This document shows, piece after piece, positions 41,023 to 50,729 of a stretch of 64,000 nt of DNA (positions are counted from its first letter, which is position 1; each line of letters starts with the position of its first letter). Made by a program: the position numbers and the translations under genes. The notes under the pieces are model-generated. The model saw nothing but the letters and a program-made list of their open reading frames with translations. It made no database searches and was not told the origin of the DNA. Source of the DNA: an uncultured Actinomycetes bacterium (GTDB lineage: Bacteria > Actinomycetota > Acidimicrobiia > Spongiisociales > DATADW01); contig CAWGRK010000009.1 of the NCBI GenBank assembly GCA_963824995.1, positions 109,934 through 173,933 of the forward strand. The letters run 5' to 3'.

Positions 41023-41095
41023 CAGCCCCGACGGGATTCGAACCCGCGTTACCGGCTTGAAAGGCCGGCGTCCTAGGCCGCTGGACGACGGGGCC
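41023..41095 (-). tRNA. tRNA-Glu (anticodon TTC)
   Basis: Minus strand reads GGCCCCGTCGTCCAGCGGCCTAGGACGCCGGCCTTTCAAGCCGGTAACGCGGGTTCGAATCCCGTCGGGGCTG, with anticodon loop CTTTCAA. Confidence 0.9.
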
Positions 41096-41145
41096 GGACG
41101 GGGCGATCGTAGTTGGTGAGGCCCGGTTCGCCTGACTGCCTGCGG

Positions 41146-41379
41146 TCAGCGCCCTGCCCGGCGGCGCTGCCAGATCAATCCGAGTACCGCGCCGAGCACG
41201 AGAAACACCACGATGAGCAGCCACAGCGACATGCTCAGGGTCATGAAGAGGAAATCGATCTCGACCGGTTGGCGGTTCTGCAGGACGAAGGCGACGACTG
41301 CGGCGATGATCACGACGGAGACGATGATCCGCGCCACATTCGTTCCGTTGCTCGAGCCTGTGGTCGCCGGCTCGGTCAT
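41146..41379 (-). CDS. LapA-domain (DUF1049) small membrane protein
   Basis: IIVSVVIIAAVVAFVLQNRQPVEIDFLFMTLSMSLWLLIVVFLVLGAVLGLIW gives a two-TM pattern, with a basic tail. Confidence 0.65.
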   Translation of the reverse strand: MTEPATTGSSNGTNVARIIVSVVIIAAVVAFVLQNRQPVEIDFLFMTLSMSLWLLIVVFLVLGAVLGLIWQRRRAGR

Positions 41380-41426
41380 GGGTTCCTCCCTTGACGTCAG
41401 GCGGCCAAGCTATCAGCCGGACCCCG

Positions 41427-42896
41427 TCAATCGTCGGCGTTCAACGTCCGGGCCTGGGCGGCTGAGAGGCGGTCCATGGTGACATCGTGGCCCAAAGCCG
41501 CCATCGACTCGAAGAGCGGAGGGCTGACCGAGGAACCGGTGATCGCCACCCGGAGCGGCTGAAGGCCCTTTCGGGCACCGACCTCAAGCTCCTCGAGCAT
41601 GGCGCGCAGCGCTGCTTCTATTTCCTCTGGCGCCCATGGTTCGACTGGTTCCAAGTGGCTGCGTGCCGCCGAGAGCACCTGCTCCACCTGCTCTGCGCTC
41701 ATCACCTTCTTCCAGGAGTCCTCGTCGTAAACAGGCCTCTCCAGGAAGAGGAACTGTGCCATCGCCGGCACCTCGGAGAAGAGACGAACCCGTTCCTGGA
41801 TCAGTGGCGCCACCGCCACGAAGCGGTCCCACCCGGATGTCACCGCCTCGGCGCCGAGTTGCTCGTCGAGGAACGGCCTGGCGCCATCGAGAAACCGGTC
41901 GAGCGGCATCGCTCTCATGTACTCGCCGTTGATCCAACCCAGCTTGTCTAGGTCGAACACGGCCGGGTTCTTCGACACCTGGCTCAGCTCGAAACGCTCC
42001 ACCGCCTGTTCACGGTCAAAGATGGTCACCTCCGGCGCATATGACCAGCCGAGCAGCGCCATGGCGTTGAACATGGCGTCGGGGAGGTAGCCGTTCTGGC
42101 GGTAGAACCGGAGCGAGACATCGCCGTGCCGTTTCGACAATTTGCGGCCGTCGGGACCAAAGAGGAGCGGGAGGTGGGCATACGCCGGCGGGACCGCCCC
42201 CAATGCTTCGGTGATCATGATGTGGCGGGGGGTCGAGGGGAGCAGATCTTCTCCCCTGGCGACATGGCTGATCTCGTAGTCGACATCGTCCACGGTCGAG
42301 GCGAGGTGATAGGTGGGGGTGCCGTTCGAGCGGAGCAGGACGAAGTCGTCGATGGTGTCGTGGTCGAACCGGACCGCCCCCCTGACCAGATCGTCGAAAT
42401 GGGACACACCGGGGCGGGGAACGGCGAAACGGACGTTGGCCGCCTCCCCTTGGCGACGCCTGGCGGCTTCGGAGGGATCGATGGTGCGACAGGTGCCGTC
42501 GTACCCCGGCGGCCGTCCCTCACGCTGGGCTTGCTCGCGCTTCGCCGCAAGCTCATCCGGGGTGCAGAAGCAGAGGTAGGCGCTGCTCTGCTCCACCAGG
42601 TGATCAGCCACCTGGCGGTAGTGGTCGATACGGTCTGACTGACGGTACGACCCGTGCGGGCCGCCAACCCCGACCCCTTCGTCCCAGTCGAGGCCGAGCC
42701 AACGCAGGCCATCGAGCGCATCCTCTTCGAACTCGACGGTGCTGCGGGCCATGTCGGTGTCATCGATGCGGACGATGAAGACCCCATCGTGATGGCGGGC
42801 GAACAGCCAGTTGAACAAAGCGGCCCGCGCGTTCCCGACGTGGAGGAACCCGGTCGGCGATGGGGCGATCCGCACCCGGACGAGTTCGGGGTTCAC
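41427..42896 (-). CDS. gltX: Glutamate--tRNA ligase
   Basis: [22 protein letters not shown] (HIGH-type), KLSKR (KMSKS-type), full length 489 aa. Confidence 0.95.
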   Translation of the reverse strand: MNPELVRVRIAPSPTGFLHVGNARAALFNWLFARHHDGVFIVRIDDTDMARSTVEFEEDALDGLRWLGLDWDEGVGVGGPHGSYRQSDRIDHYRQVADHLVEQSSAYLCFCTPDELAAKREQAQREGRPPGYDGTCRTIDPSEAARRRQGEAANVRFAVPRPGVSHFDDLVRGAVRFDHDTIDDFVLLRSNGTPTYHLASTVDDVDYEISHVARGEDLLPSTPRHIMITEALGAVPPAYAHLPLLFGPDGRKLSKRHGDVSLRFYRQNGYLPDAMFNAMALLGWSYAPEVTIFDREQAVERFELSQVSKNPAVFDLDKLGWINGEYMRAMPLDRFLDGARPFLDEQLGAEAVTSGWDRFVAVAPLIQERVRLFSEVPAMAQFLFLERPVYDEDSWKKVMSAEQVEQVLSAARSHLEPVEPWAPEEIEAALRAMLEELEVGARKGLQPLRVAITGSSVSPPLFESMAALGHDVTMDRLSAAQARTLNADD

Positions 42897-43660
42897 TGCG
42901 TCGCCCGCACCACCGGGTTCCCGAGCACACCGATCCCCTCCACCTCTACCTCCATGACCTGGCCTGGCTCTACCGGTCCCACTCCCGCCGGCGTGCCGGT
43001 GAGGATCACATCACCCGGAAGAAGGGTCATCACCCGTGTGATGAACTCGATCAGTTCGGCCACCCCGAAGATCATGTCGGCCGTCGAGCCTTCCTGCCGG
43101 ACCTCGCCGTCGACCCTCGCGGTGACGAGCAGACCCTCCCGGGGATCGAGCTCGGTCTCGATGGCAGGTCCCAACGGGCAGAAGGTGTCGAACCCCTTCC
43201 CCCGCGCCCACTGGCCATCGCGGCGCTGCAGGTCGCGGGCAGTGACATCGTTGGCACAGGTGTACCCGAAGATCACACGATCGACGTCCTCGGCCTTGAC
43301 GTACCGCGCCACCGTGCCCAGCACCACCGCAAGCTCGGCCTCGTGGTGCAAAAGCTCTGTGTCGCTCGGGTAGACGACCGGGCTACCCGGGCCGATCACC
43401 GAGGTCGGCGGCTTGAGGAAGATCACCGGCTCCTCCGGCACTGGGACCTCCATCTCGGCGGCGTGGTCCACGTAGTTGCGGCCGACGGCGACCACCTTGG
43501 TGGGGATGACAGGGGAAAGAAGCTGGACGCTGTCCCATGGCACCACCCGTTCGGTGGGCTCCCAGGCCACGAAAGGCGAGCCCTCATACACGGTCACCCC
43601 ATCGGTGTCTGCCAGGCCATAGGTCAGGTCGTCGCCTGCCCGGATGCGGACGATCTTCAC
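42893..43660 (-). CDS. Fumarylacetoacetate hydrolase family protein
   Basis: [34 protein letters not shown] and [20 protein letters not shown]-coupled to gltX. Confidence 0.9.
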   Translation of the reverse strand: MKIVRIRAGDDLTYGLADTDGVTVYEGSPFVAWEPTERVVPWDSVQLLSPVIPTKVVAVGRNYVDHAAEMEVPVPEEPVIFLKPPTSVIGPGSPVVYPSDTELLHHEAELAVVLGTVARYVKAEDVDRVIFGYTCANDVTARDLQRRDGQWARGKGFDTFCPLGPAIETELDPREGLLVTARVDGEVRQEGSTADMIFGVAELIEFITRVMTLLPGDVILTGTPAGVGPVEPGQVMEVEVEGIGVLGNPVVRATQ

Positions 43661-44163
43661 GAGGTGAGCTGGCTGCGAAAGTGCACAACCACCTCTTCAG
43701 GGGTGGAGCGCAGCACGCTCGGATCGATGGAGGCCATGAAGGCCGCCCCCTTTGCCTTCTCATGCGCCGCCTGGTCGAGCCAGGCACGACGCTCCAGAGC
43801 GAGGCGATCGGCGAGGTCGGGCGGGAGTTGGTGCGGCCGCAATCCGAGGAGCACCAGTGCCACCTCGATGTCCTGGGGAACGGGGGCACGCCCGTAGAGC
43901 GATGCCCGGGCGGCGGCCACGTTGGCCACCAATTCCTCCAACTCGTCGGGTCGGTCGCCCCGGTCGAACTCGGCGCGCCGAATCAGACGCAATACCCAAC
44001 CGGTGTCGGGTCCGGGTCGGCCGAACGCTCCACCCCATGGGACCTCTTCGGGCGCGCCCAGTTCGCCGGGGCGGTGCGGGGACCAGCGGCGGGGTGCTGC
44101 CGTCGAAAGGTCCTGCCGGGGCAGGACAGCGCCATCGAGCTCGATGTTCGGCTCCTGTGCCAC
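43657..44163 (-). CDS. Conserved-looking hypothetical protein
   Basis: The ORF is coupled at both ends: GTG 44163 lies 2 nt after the ilvE stop, and the stop overlaps the FAH start. No recognisable motif. Confidence 0.55.
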   Translation of the reverse strand: MAQEPNIELDGAVLPRQDLSTAAPRRWSPHRPGELGAPEEVPWGGAFGRPGPDTGWVLRLIRRAEFDRGDRPDELEELVANVAAARASLYGRAPVPQDIEVALVLLGLRPHQLPPDLADRLALERRAWLDQAAHEKAKGAAFMASIDPSVLRSTPEEVVVHFRSQLTS

Positions 44164-44165
44164 GA

Positions 44166-45080
44166 TCAGACCGGGTCGAGCCAGTTGCGGAAGGCGGGGA
44201 GCTGACCGGTGACCGCCCACCGGTAGAGATCCTGAGCGGCGCGGGTCACCGGTCCTGGCTTCCCCTCGCCGACGGGTCGATCGTCAATCTCGCGGACCGG
44301 GGTGACTTCGGCGGCCGTACCGGTGAGGAACACCTCGTCGGCGTGGTAGAGATCGCTGCGTTGGAGCGTCGTCTCGCGTACTTCGTGACCCTGGTCGGCG
44401 AGCAGAGCCATGACACTGCGACGGGTGATCCCGTCGAGCACCCCGGAGCCCACCCCGGGGGTGAGCACCACACCGTCGCGCACCGCAAACAGGTTCTCAC
44501 CGCTTCCCTCGGAGACGGCGCCGTCGCGGGTCAGCATGATCGCTTCGTCGTAGCCGGTTCTGACCGCCTCCTGCTTCGCCAGGATGCTGTTGAGATAGCC
44601 GCCACTCCCCTTGGCGTCCGGGATGAGGCTCTGTGAATCGATCCGCCGCCAGCTCGAGATGCGGGCCCGTATCCCGTTGGCGACGCCCTCCTCACCGAGA
44701 TACGTCCCCCAACGCCAGCAAGCGATCACGGCCCGTATTTCCGCCCCTTCGGGGTTGAGCCCCATCGTGCCCGACCCGTAGAAGACGATTGGCCGGATGT
44801 AACACGCCTCGAGTTCGTTGGCCGCTACGACCTCCTTGGCGGCGGCGCACAGCGCCTCTACCGACCAGCTGAGCGGGATCCCGTATGCCGCCGCCGACCG
44901 GTGCAGCCGCACCATGTGGTCGGTGAGCCGGAAGATGGCGGTTCCGTCTTCTGTTTGATACGCCCTGATGCCCTCGAATACACCCGTTCCGTAGTGGAGA
45001 CCATGCACGACAACGTGTGTATTCGCCTCCTCCCACGGGACGAGCCGGCCGTCCACCCAGATCCACTTGGAAGCTTCCAT
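44166..45080 (-). CDS. ilvE: Branched-chain amino acid aminotransferase (class IV)
   Basis: MEASKWIWVDGRLVPWEEANTHVVVHGLHYGTGVFEGIRAY...SGGYLNSILAKQEA...ENLFAV. ATG 45080. Confidence 0.9.
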   Translation of the reverse strand: MEASKWIWVDGRLVPWEEANTHVVVHGLHYGTGVFEGIRAYQTEDGTAIFRLTDHMVRLHRSAAAYGIPLSWSVEALCAAAKEVVAANELEACYIRPIVFYGSGTMGLNPEGAEIRAVIACWRWGTYLGEEGVANGIRARISSWRRIDSQSLIPDAKGSGGYLNSILAKQEAVRTGYDEAIMLTRDGAVSEGSGENLFAVRDGVVLTPGVGSGVLDGITRRSVMALLADQGHEVRETTLQRSDLYHADEVFLTGTAAEVTPVREIDDRPVGEGKPGPVTRAAQDLYRWAVTGQLPAFRNWLDPV

Positions 45081-45102
45081 GACGCTCAGTTTGGCAGAGA
45101 CC

Positions 45103-45140
45103 GAAGACGGCGGACGGCGGACGTCGGACGGCGGCCAATC
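45103..45140 (-). repeat. Heptamer-repeat element copy E3 (GATTGGCCGC CGTCCGA CGTCCGC CGTCCGC CGTCTTC on minus strand)
   Basis: Read directly from the sequence. It ends 22 nt upstream of the ilvE ATG. Confidence 0.8.
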
Positions 45141-45167
45141 CGGCAAGCCGTTTCGGTGTCGGCGCGA

Positions 45168-47115
45168 TCAGGCTTGGTCTTCGTGCTGGCGATCGGGACG
45201 CAAATATCTGGCGTGCCAGTCGAGGACGGCTTCAAATCGCTCCTTGCGGTGGCGGGGCTTGCCCGAGCGACTCATCTCGTGGCCTTCGCCGGGGAAACGG
45301 AGCATCTCTACCGGTGTGCCGGCGCGTAGCAACGCCAGGAAGTACTGCTCGGCCTGCTCGATGGGGCAGCGGAAGTCGTTCTCGGAGTGGATGATCAGGG
45401 TGGGGGTGGTCACCTGATGGGCCCTGGCAAGGGGGCTCTTCTCCCAGAGAACGTCCCAGCCCTCGGGCGGCGACGCCTCGTAGTAGGCGAGCGAGAAGGT
45501 CTCGGCGATGTCGGATGTCCCGGCGAAGGAGTTGGCCGCCAGCGCGCCTCGCTCGACGATGGCCGACGCCCACCGTTGGTCGTTGGCGGTGACCCAGGCG
45601 GTGAGGAACCCGCCATAGGAACCACCCATCACACCCATCCTTTGCCGGTCCAGCCGGGGCTCCTTCGGCGAGGGCGGCTTCGACCGCGGCATTGATGTCG
45701 GCCAGATCGACGGTTCCCCAACCCTTGCCGACCACCGCCTTGAGGTGATCCGCTCCCGAGCCGCTCGAGCCCCGCGGATTCGTGGCGACGACGCCGTACC
45801 CGGCGCCAGCCCCGACCTGGAACTCGTCGAAGAAGGTCCAGCCGTATGCGCTGGCCGGGCCGCCGTGGATGTTGAGAAGCAGGGGAACCGGGTCGTCTCC
45901 CGGCGGTAAGTAGGTCCAAACGTCGAGCACGGTGTCACCGGTGCTGACCTCGAAGTGCTGCGGCGTCACCAGATCCACCTCGTCACGGAAGGCGTCGTTG
46001 AGTTCGGTGATTCGCCTTTCCTCACCGTCGACGATGAGCCAGACGTCACCCGGATCGGTGGGCTCGGTAGCCACGAATGCGATGATTGAACCGTCCGATG
46101 AAGGGCTTGCCCCTGTCACCACCCGATCGCCGCCAACGGCTTCGTCGATGGAACCGTCGTCACCGACTCGGATCACTCTCACCCCGCCCCGTTCCTCGAT
46201 CAGCGTGGTGAATCCGCCCTCGACCCATTGCGGCCCTGACGGCGAGGGTGAGACCTGGAAGGGGTCCACGCTCCGATCGAGGTGCCCGGTGAGATCGGTG
46301 AGTCCTCCTCCGGCCTCAACCCTCCACACGGCGCTGATCGCCGGCCACCCCGCCGGGTCCGGGTCTCCTGTCAGGTGGAGTGCCCCGTCAGGGCGGTAGG
46401 AAACGCCGTTCCAATTGCCCCGGGGGGCGAGCGTCTTCGTCTCACCACTGGCAAGATCCACCTCGAGCGCGTCCACTCCCGGTTCGAGACCGCGGCGCTC
46501 GCTGCGATCGGATAGGAACGCTATGGCGGCCGAATCGGGCCGCCACTCGGGGTCCGTCTCGTCCCACTTTCCCGGGGTGAGACAGCGCGGCTCCTCCTCA
46601 CCGCTGGGGTCCACCAGCCAGAGGTGACGCCGACGGTCGTGAAGCCAACCCATCCCGTCGAACCGGTAGGGGAACGAGGAGATGCGACGTGGCTTCCTGG
46701 AGCGCTCATCGTCGTCCAGGTCGGACCACTCGTCCTCCCAGGTGACAGCCGCTGCAACCAGCCAGCGACCGTCGGGTGACCACTCGATCGCCTCCGCTCC
46801 CCGATCGAAGGAAGTGAGAACCTCGGCCTCGCCGCCGTCAACCGGCAGCACCGCCACCTGTGCCTGGGCATCCTTGTCCGGGCCGGTCCTGAGGAAGGCG
46901 AGACGGGAACCGTCCGGCGACCAGCGAGGTGAGTTGTCACCGGGTCCGGCGGTGAAGGACCGGGACCCGCCGTCAGCCGACGCCAGCCAGATCGACCGGT
47001 TGTAGCGGTCCTCGTCGAGATCGGGGCGGCTGACCGTGAACGCCACCCGCTTCCCATCGGGGTGGAGGCGGGGGTCGGAGGGCAAAGCGAGGCGAGCGAT
47101 GTCTTTCGGCTGCAT
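45168..47115 (-). pseudogene. S9-family serine peptidase (beta-propeller + alpha/beta hydrolase), one frameshift
   Basis: N-terminal propeller repeats (SPRWSPDGSRLAF, IEWSPDGRWL). The catalytic GVMGGSYGGFLTAW and the C-terminal HSENDFRCP..FPGEGHE are in the frame of ORF 45168..45938. The break is near 45660-45680. Confidence 0.8.
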
Positions 47116-47155
47116 CGGGGGAGGGTAGGACGCGCCGTTCAGAAGGTATCCCGGC

Positions 47156-47614
47156 TCACCACCCCAGCCCAGCCTGCACAGCCCAGCCTGCCCCGAGTCC
47201 GTAGAGACCGGCGATCAGGTCGTCGGCCATGACTCCCCAACCCCCGGGAAGTGATTCGGCGGCGTAAACGCCGGGGAACCAGCGCTTCTGGATGTCGGCG
47301 AGCCGGAACACGACGAATGCCACGATCGCCGGGACCGGCCGCAAGCCAATCATCGCCACCGCCAGCCCGGCGACCTCGTCCACCACCACCCAAGCCGGGT
47401 CGCCCAACTCGGCGGCGAAGACGTGACTCGCCCAGACCGCGAGCGCGGCGAGGCCGACGGCGGTTGCCAGTTGGACCGGCCAACCGAGGAGCGAGACAGC
47501 CAGCAGGAAGGGGAAGGAGATTGCCGCGGCCAGCGTTCCCGACCCGGCGTCCGACCCGCGCCACCGGCGCAGCAACAATCCGGACCCGAACCACGAAGCA
47601 ATCAAACTGCGCAC
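47156..47614 (-). CDS. pgpA: Phosphatidylglycerophosphatase A family protein
   Basis: WFGSGLL...GSGTLAAA, DPAWVVVDEVAG, FRLADIQKRWFPG and GWGVMADDLIAG. The start is uncertain (GTG 47614 or 47632). Confidence 0.7.
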   Translation of the reverse strand: MRSLIASWFGSGLLLRRWRGSDAGSGTLAAAISFPFLLAVSLLGWPVQLATAVGLAALAVWASHVFAAELGDPAWVVVDEVAGLAVAMIGLRPVPAIVAFVVFRLADIQKRWFPGVYAAESLPGGWGVMADDLIAGLYGLGAGWAVQAGLGW

Positions 47615-47635
47615 CCCTACGAGGCTAAGCACACG

Positions 47636-47652
47636 GCCAACCCAGGGTTGGC
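47636..47652. repeat. Perfect palindrome GCCAACCC-a-GGGTTGGC
   Basis: In the 79-bp gap after the APH-like gene. The motif AACCCWGGGTTG recurs at 47675-47687 and in each unit of the 63.7-kb tandem repeat. Confidence 0.7.
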
Positions 47653-47693
47653 AGCTACCCCAGCGGTACTCCCCAAACCTGGGTTGACAAGGG

Positions 47694-48599
47694 TCAGGAA
47701 CCGGACGGCTCCAGCTTCCGAGCCACCTCGGCGAGCCAGGGCATCCTGATGGACTCTTGGACGCACCTGGCGAACAGCCACAGCCGGGAACGCACAGGGT
47801 CAAGGTCAGTGAGCGCAGTCATCGTGCCGAGAAGTGCGTCTGGGTCGGCCCGGAGACGATCCCTGCAGTTGATCAAGTATTGGAGGATGTCGTATCCGGG
47901 GTCGCCGACGTACGGCTTTGGGTCGATCACCAGCCATGGCTCTCGCTCGGCGGCGAGGACGTTGTCGGCATGCAGATCGGTGCAGAGCATCACATGCCGC
48001 TCGGCGGAGTCGGGCAACGTGCGGAACAGGGTCATGGCCTTGGCGATGAGGCCTGGGGCGACCGTGGATCGATCTGCGACCCGCTCGAACTCGTCGGCCC
48101 ACTGCCGGCACATCTCGGCGAGCGGTCGGAGACGATGACCGGCCGGCGGCTTCCGCCACAGCCTGACGAGAAGCCCGGCGATCACCCGGTCCTGCTCTTC
48201 GTTGGGTGCGACCGAGAGGGGCGTTCCCGGCGAACACCGCTCCAGCAGCAAAGCCATCGTCTCGGTATCGATTTCAGCTGCCTCCCTGAGCATGACCGCC
48301 CCATCCCCCGCCCAGATGGTGAGCCCGTCCGCCTCGTGCTCGGCTTCGAAATGCCGCCACATGACCTTGAGCACCAAGGGAAGCCCGCCGGAGTCTTCGA
48401 CAGGAGCGACCCACGCCGTGTACCCGCCAGGCTGGAAAGGCGGCCCAACCCGGAGCGACCACCTCTGCGCCAGCATCTCCACGAGACTCGGTAGCCGCTC
48501 GAGCCAGTCCCCCCGTCCGTCACTTATGGCGGCATCAGCCAGACTGTCCGGCACAGGGAAGCGGGCCGAATCCGGCTCGCCCGTGGGAGGCCGGTTCAC
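47694..48599 (-). CDS. Aminoglycoside/streptomycin 6-kinase-like phosphotransferase (APH(6)-type fold)
   Basis: LKVMWRHFEAEHE, LLERCSPGTPL and the catalytic loop LCTDLHADNVLAAEREPWLVIDPKPYVGDPGYD. The GTG start overlaps the serA stop (GTGA). Confidence 0.6.
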   Translation of the reverse strand: MNRPPTGEPDSARFPVPDSLADAAISDGRGDWLERLPSLVEMLAQRWSLRVGPPFQPGGYTAWVAPVEDSGGLPLVLKVMWRHFEAEHEADGLTIWAGDGAVMLREAAEIDTETMALLLERCSPGTPLSVAPNEEQDRVIAGLLVRLWRKPPAGHRLRPLAEMCRQWADEFERVADRSTVAPGLIAKAMTLFRTLPDSAERHVMLCTDLHADNVLAAEREPWLVIDPKPYVGDPGYDILQYLINCRDRLRADPDALLGTMTALTDLDPVRSRLWLFARCVQESIRMPWLAEVARKLEPSGS

Positions 48600-50197
48600 A
48601 CCGGCAGTGCGACGGATACTGCCTCTTCGATCCCGTCGATGTCTAGAAGACCGTCCACCTGCTCGTCGGTGAGCGCCTGGTCGAGGTTGAGCCCCATCAT
48701 GGCGGCGGCGCCCGTTTCGGGGGCGCGCCCCACCACCATGTTGGCGATGTTGACCCTCAAGCCGCCGAGGTAGGTGCCGACCCGCCCGATCATCCCGGGG
48801 ACGTCGGCGTTGCGTAGGACCGCCATGTGCGGCGACAGCGGAAGCTCCACTTCGTGGTCGAGGATCTCGACGAGGATCGGGCCCTTACGCCCCAGAGTCC
48901 CTGCGACCGAGATGAGCCGACCGCCGGTCTCCCCGGACAGCCTGACCAGAGAAACGAAGTCGCGGGGCTCGGGGTCGGCCTCCTCGACCACGGTGATGCC
49001 ACGTTCGACCGCAAGCGGCGAGGCGTTGACGTATGTCACCGAGACCGTGCTCACCGCCGCCAGCGCCCCCTTGAGGGCGGCGAGACCAAGCGGTCGGACC
49101 GGATACTCGGCGATTCGGCCTTCGGCACGCACCGTGAAGCGGTCGGGGATGCCCCGCCCCAGGGCGACGAAGACACGGCCCAGTTGCTCGACGAGGGGGA
49201 GGAAGACGCGCACCTCGTCGGCCACCTCGGGCCCAAGATCGACGTTGACCGCGCTGAGCACCAACTCACCGGCGAGCGCCAGCGCAAGCGAGCGGGCTAC
49301 GTCCACCCCCGCCTTGTCCTGCGCCTCCACCGTCGAGGCACCGAGGTGCGGGGTGAGAACGACTTGGGGAAGAGCCAGCAGCGGGCTGTCACCCAGCGGC
49401 TCCTCGGCGAATACGTCGAGGGCGGCTCCGGCCACCTTTCCCGACTCGATCGCTTCCGCCAGCGCCGCCTCATCGATGATCCCGCCCCGGGAGGTGTTGA
49501 TGATGCGCACCCCGTCGCGCATCTTGTCCAGCGCCTCTTTGTCGATCAGTCCATCGGTGTCCTTCGTCTTGGGGAGATGGACCGTGATCACGTCGGCGTT
49601 GGCATAGATCCGGTCGAGATCGTCGGTGAGCTCGACTCCGATCCGTCGGGCCCGCTCATGCCCCACGAAGGGGTCGTAGGCGAGGAGAGTCATTCCAAAG
49701 GCGTGGGCGCGCTGCGCCACCAGGGTCCCGACCCGGCCAAGCCCGATCACCCCGAGCGTCTTGCCGTACAGCTCAACACCCTCGAAGCTCTTCCTGTCCC
49801 AGACACCGGTCCGCAGCGTGGCGTCCGCCCTGGGCACGTTGCGAGCCTGCGCGAGGATCAGCGCCATCGTGTGCTCGGCGGCGGATATGACGTTGGCTGC
49901 GGGAGCATTGACCACGAGCACGCCGGCGGCGGTGGCCGCTGCGAGGTCGATGTTGTCTACTCCGATCCCGGCCCGCCCGATCACCTGGAGCGATGGTGCA
50001 GCCGAGATCAGCTCGAAGTCAACGGCCGTGGCCGACCGGACCAGGAGCGCATTGGCCGGACGCACCAGTTCGATCAGTTCGGCGCGGGAGGCACCGACGG
50101 CGTCGATCACGTCGGCGTGCTGGCCCAACTCGGCCAGGCCGATGGCTGCGATCGGCTCGGCTACCACTACCACGGGACGGGTTCCCACTTCTCGCAT
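48596..50197 (-). CDS. serA: D-3-phosphoglycerate dehydrogenase (long form with ASB and ACT domains)
   Basis: GKTLGVIGLGRVGTLVA, RGGIIDE and LTPHLGAST. C-terminal ACT region. ATG 50197 (MREVGTRPVVVV). Confidence 0.9.
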   Translation of the reverse strand: MREVGTRPVVVVAEPIAAIGLAELGQHADVIDAVGASRAELIELVRPANALLVRSATAVDFELISAAPSLQVIGRAGIGVDNIDLAAATAAGVLVVNAPAANVISAAEHTMALILAQARNVPRADATLRTGVWDRKSFEGVELYGKTLGVIGLGRVGTLVAQRAHAFGMTLLAYDPFVGHERARRIGVELTDDLDRIYANADVITVHLPKTKDTDGLIDKEALDKMRDGVRIINTSRGGIIDEAALAEAIESGKVAGAALDVFAEEPLGDSPLLALPQVVLTPHLGASTVEAQDKAGVDVARSLALALAGELVLSAVNVDLGPEVADEVRVFLPLVEQLGRVFVALGRGIPDRFTVRAEGRIAEYPVRPLGLAALKGALAAVSTVSVTYVNASPLAVERGITVVEEADPEPRDFVSLVRLSGETGGRLISVAGTLGRKGPILVEILDHEVELPLSPHMAVLRNADVPGMIGRVGTYLGGLRVNIANMVVGRAPETGAAAMMGLNLDQALTDEQVDGLLDIDGIEEAVSVALPV

Positions 50198-50275
50198 TGT
50201 GGCGGGTGGGCGGCTCGCGCGACAAGATGGTCCGTGGGCGTGCCAACATGATCGCTCGATCTCGGGAGGAGAGGT

Positions 50276-50722
50276 GTGAACGGCGATTGGGACCCAAAGG
50301 TGATCGTGGTTGCCACGGACGGGTCCGAGCAGAGCATCAACGCCGCAGGCGTGGCGGCAGGAGTCGCCCGTGCTCACGGATCAAAGGTGCACTTCCTCAC
50401 CGTGGTCCGCCCCCCGGAAGGATGGTGGGGCGTGGGCGGTGCTCCCCCACCCCCCGAAGCGGTCTCCGACGCCCTGATCGAGGGCCAGGGCGAGATTCTC
50501 GACACCACGATCATGGCGGTCGACCTGACCGGTGTGGAGTACGAGGCGACGACCGAACTGGGTGACCCGGCTGCCTCGATCATCGCCTTCTGCGAGGAGA
50601 ACGGTGCCGACCTGCTCGTCATCGGCAGGCGCGGCGCCGGATTGATCGAACGATTCGTCATGGGATCGGTCGCCGACCGTCTCGCCCACTACGCCCCCTG
50701 CCAGCTTCTCGTCGTGCCCTGA
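50276..50722 (+). CDS. Universal stress protein
   Basis: VIVVATDGSEQS...ADLLVIGRRGAGLIERFVMGSVADRLAHYAPCQLLVV. GTG start after GGGAGGAGAGG. Confidence 0.85.
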   Translation: MNGDWDPKVIVVATDGSEQSINAAGVAAGVARAHGSKVHFLTVVRPPEGWWGVGGAPPPPEAVSDALIEGQGEILDTTIMAVDLTGVEYEATTELGDPAASIIAFCEENGADLLVIGRRGAGLIERFVMGSVADRLAHYAPCQLLVVP

Positions 50723-50729
50723 GCCCGCT

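Noticed and set aside
45081-45146. The heptamer element translates in frame with the downstream gene in two cases (MPDWPPSDVRRPPSSV- before ilvE; NWPPSAVRRPPSSF- before glgA), which might suggest a shared N-terminal peptide.
   Set aside because: IlvE-like and GlgA-like sequences start at MEASKW and MRVLLAAAE. The other copies (E1, E2, E5) are not in frame with any gene. The lack of stops is expected for a C/G-rich repeat.
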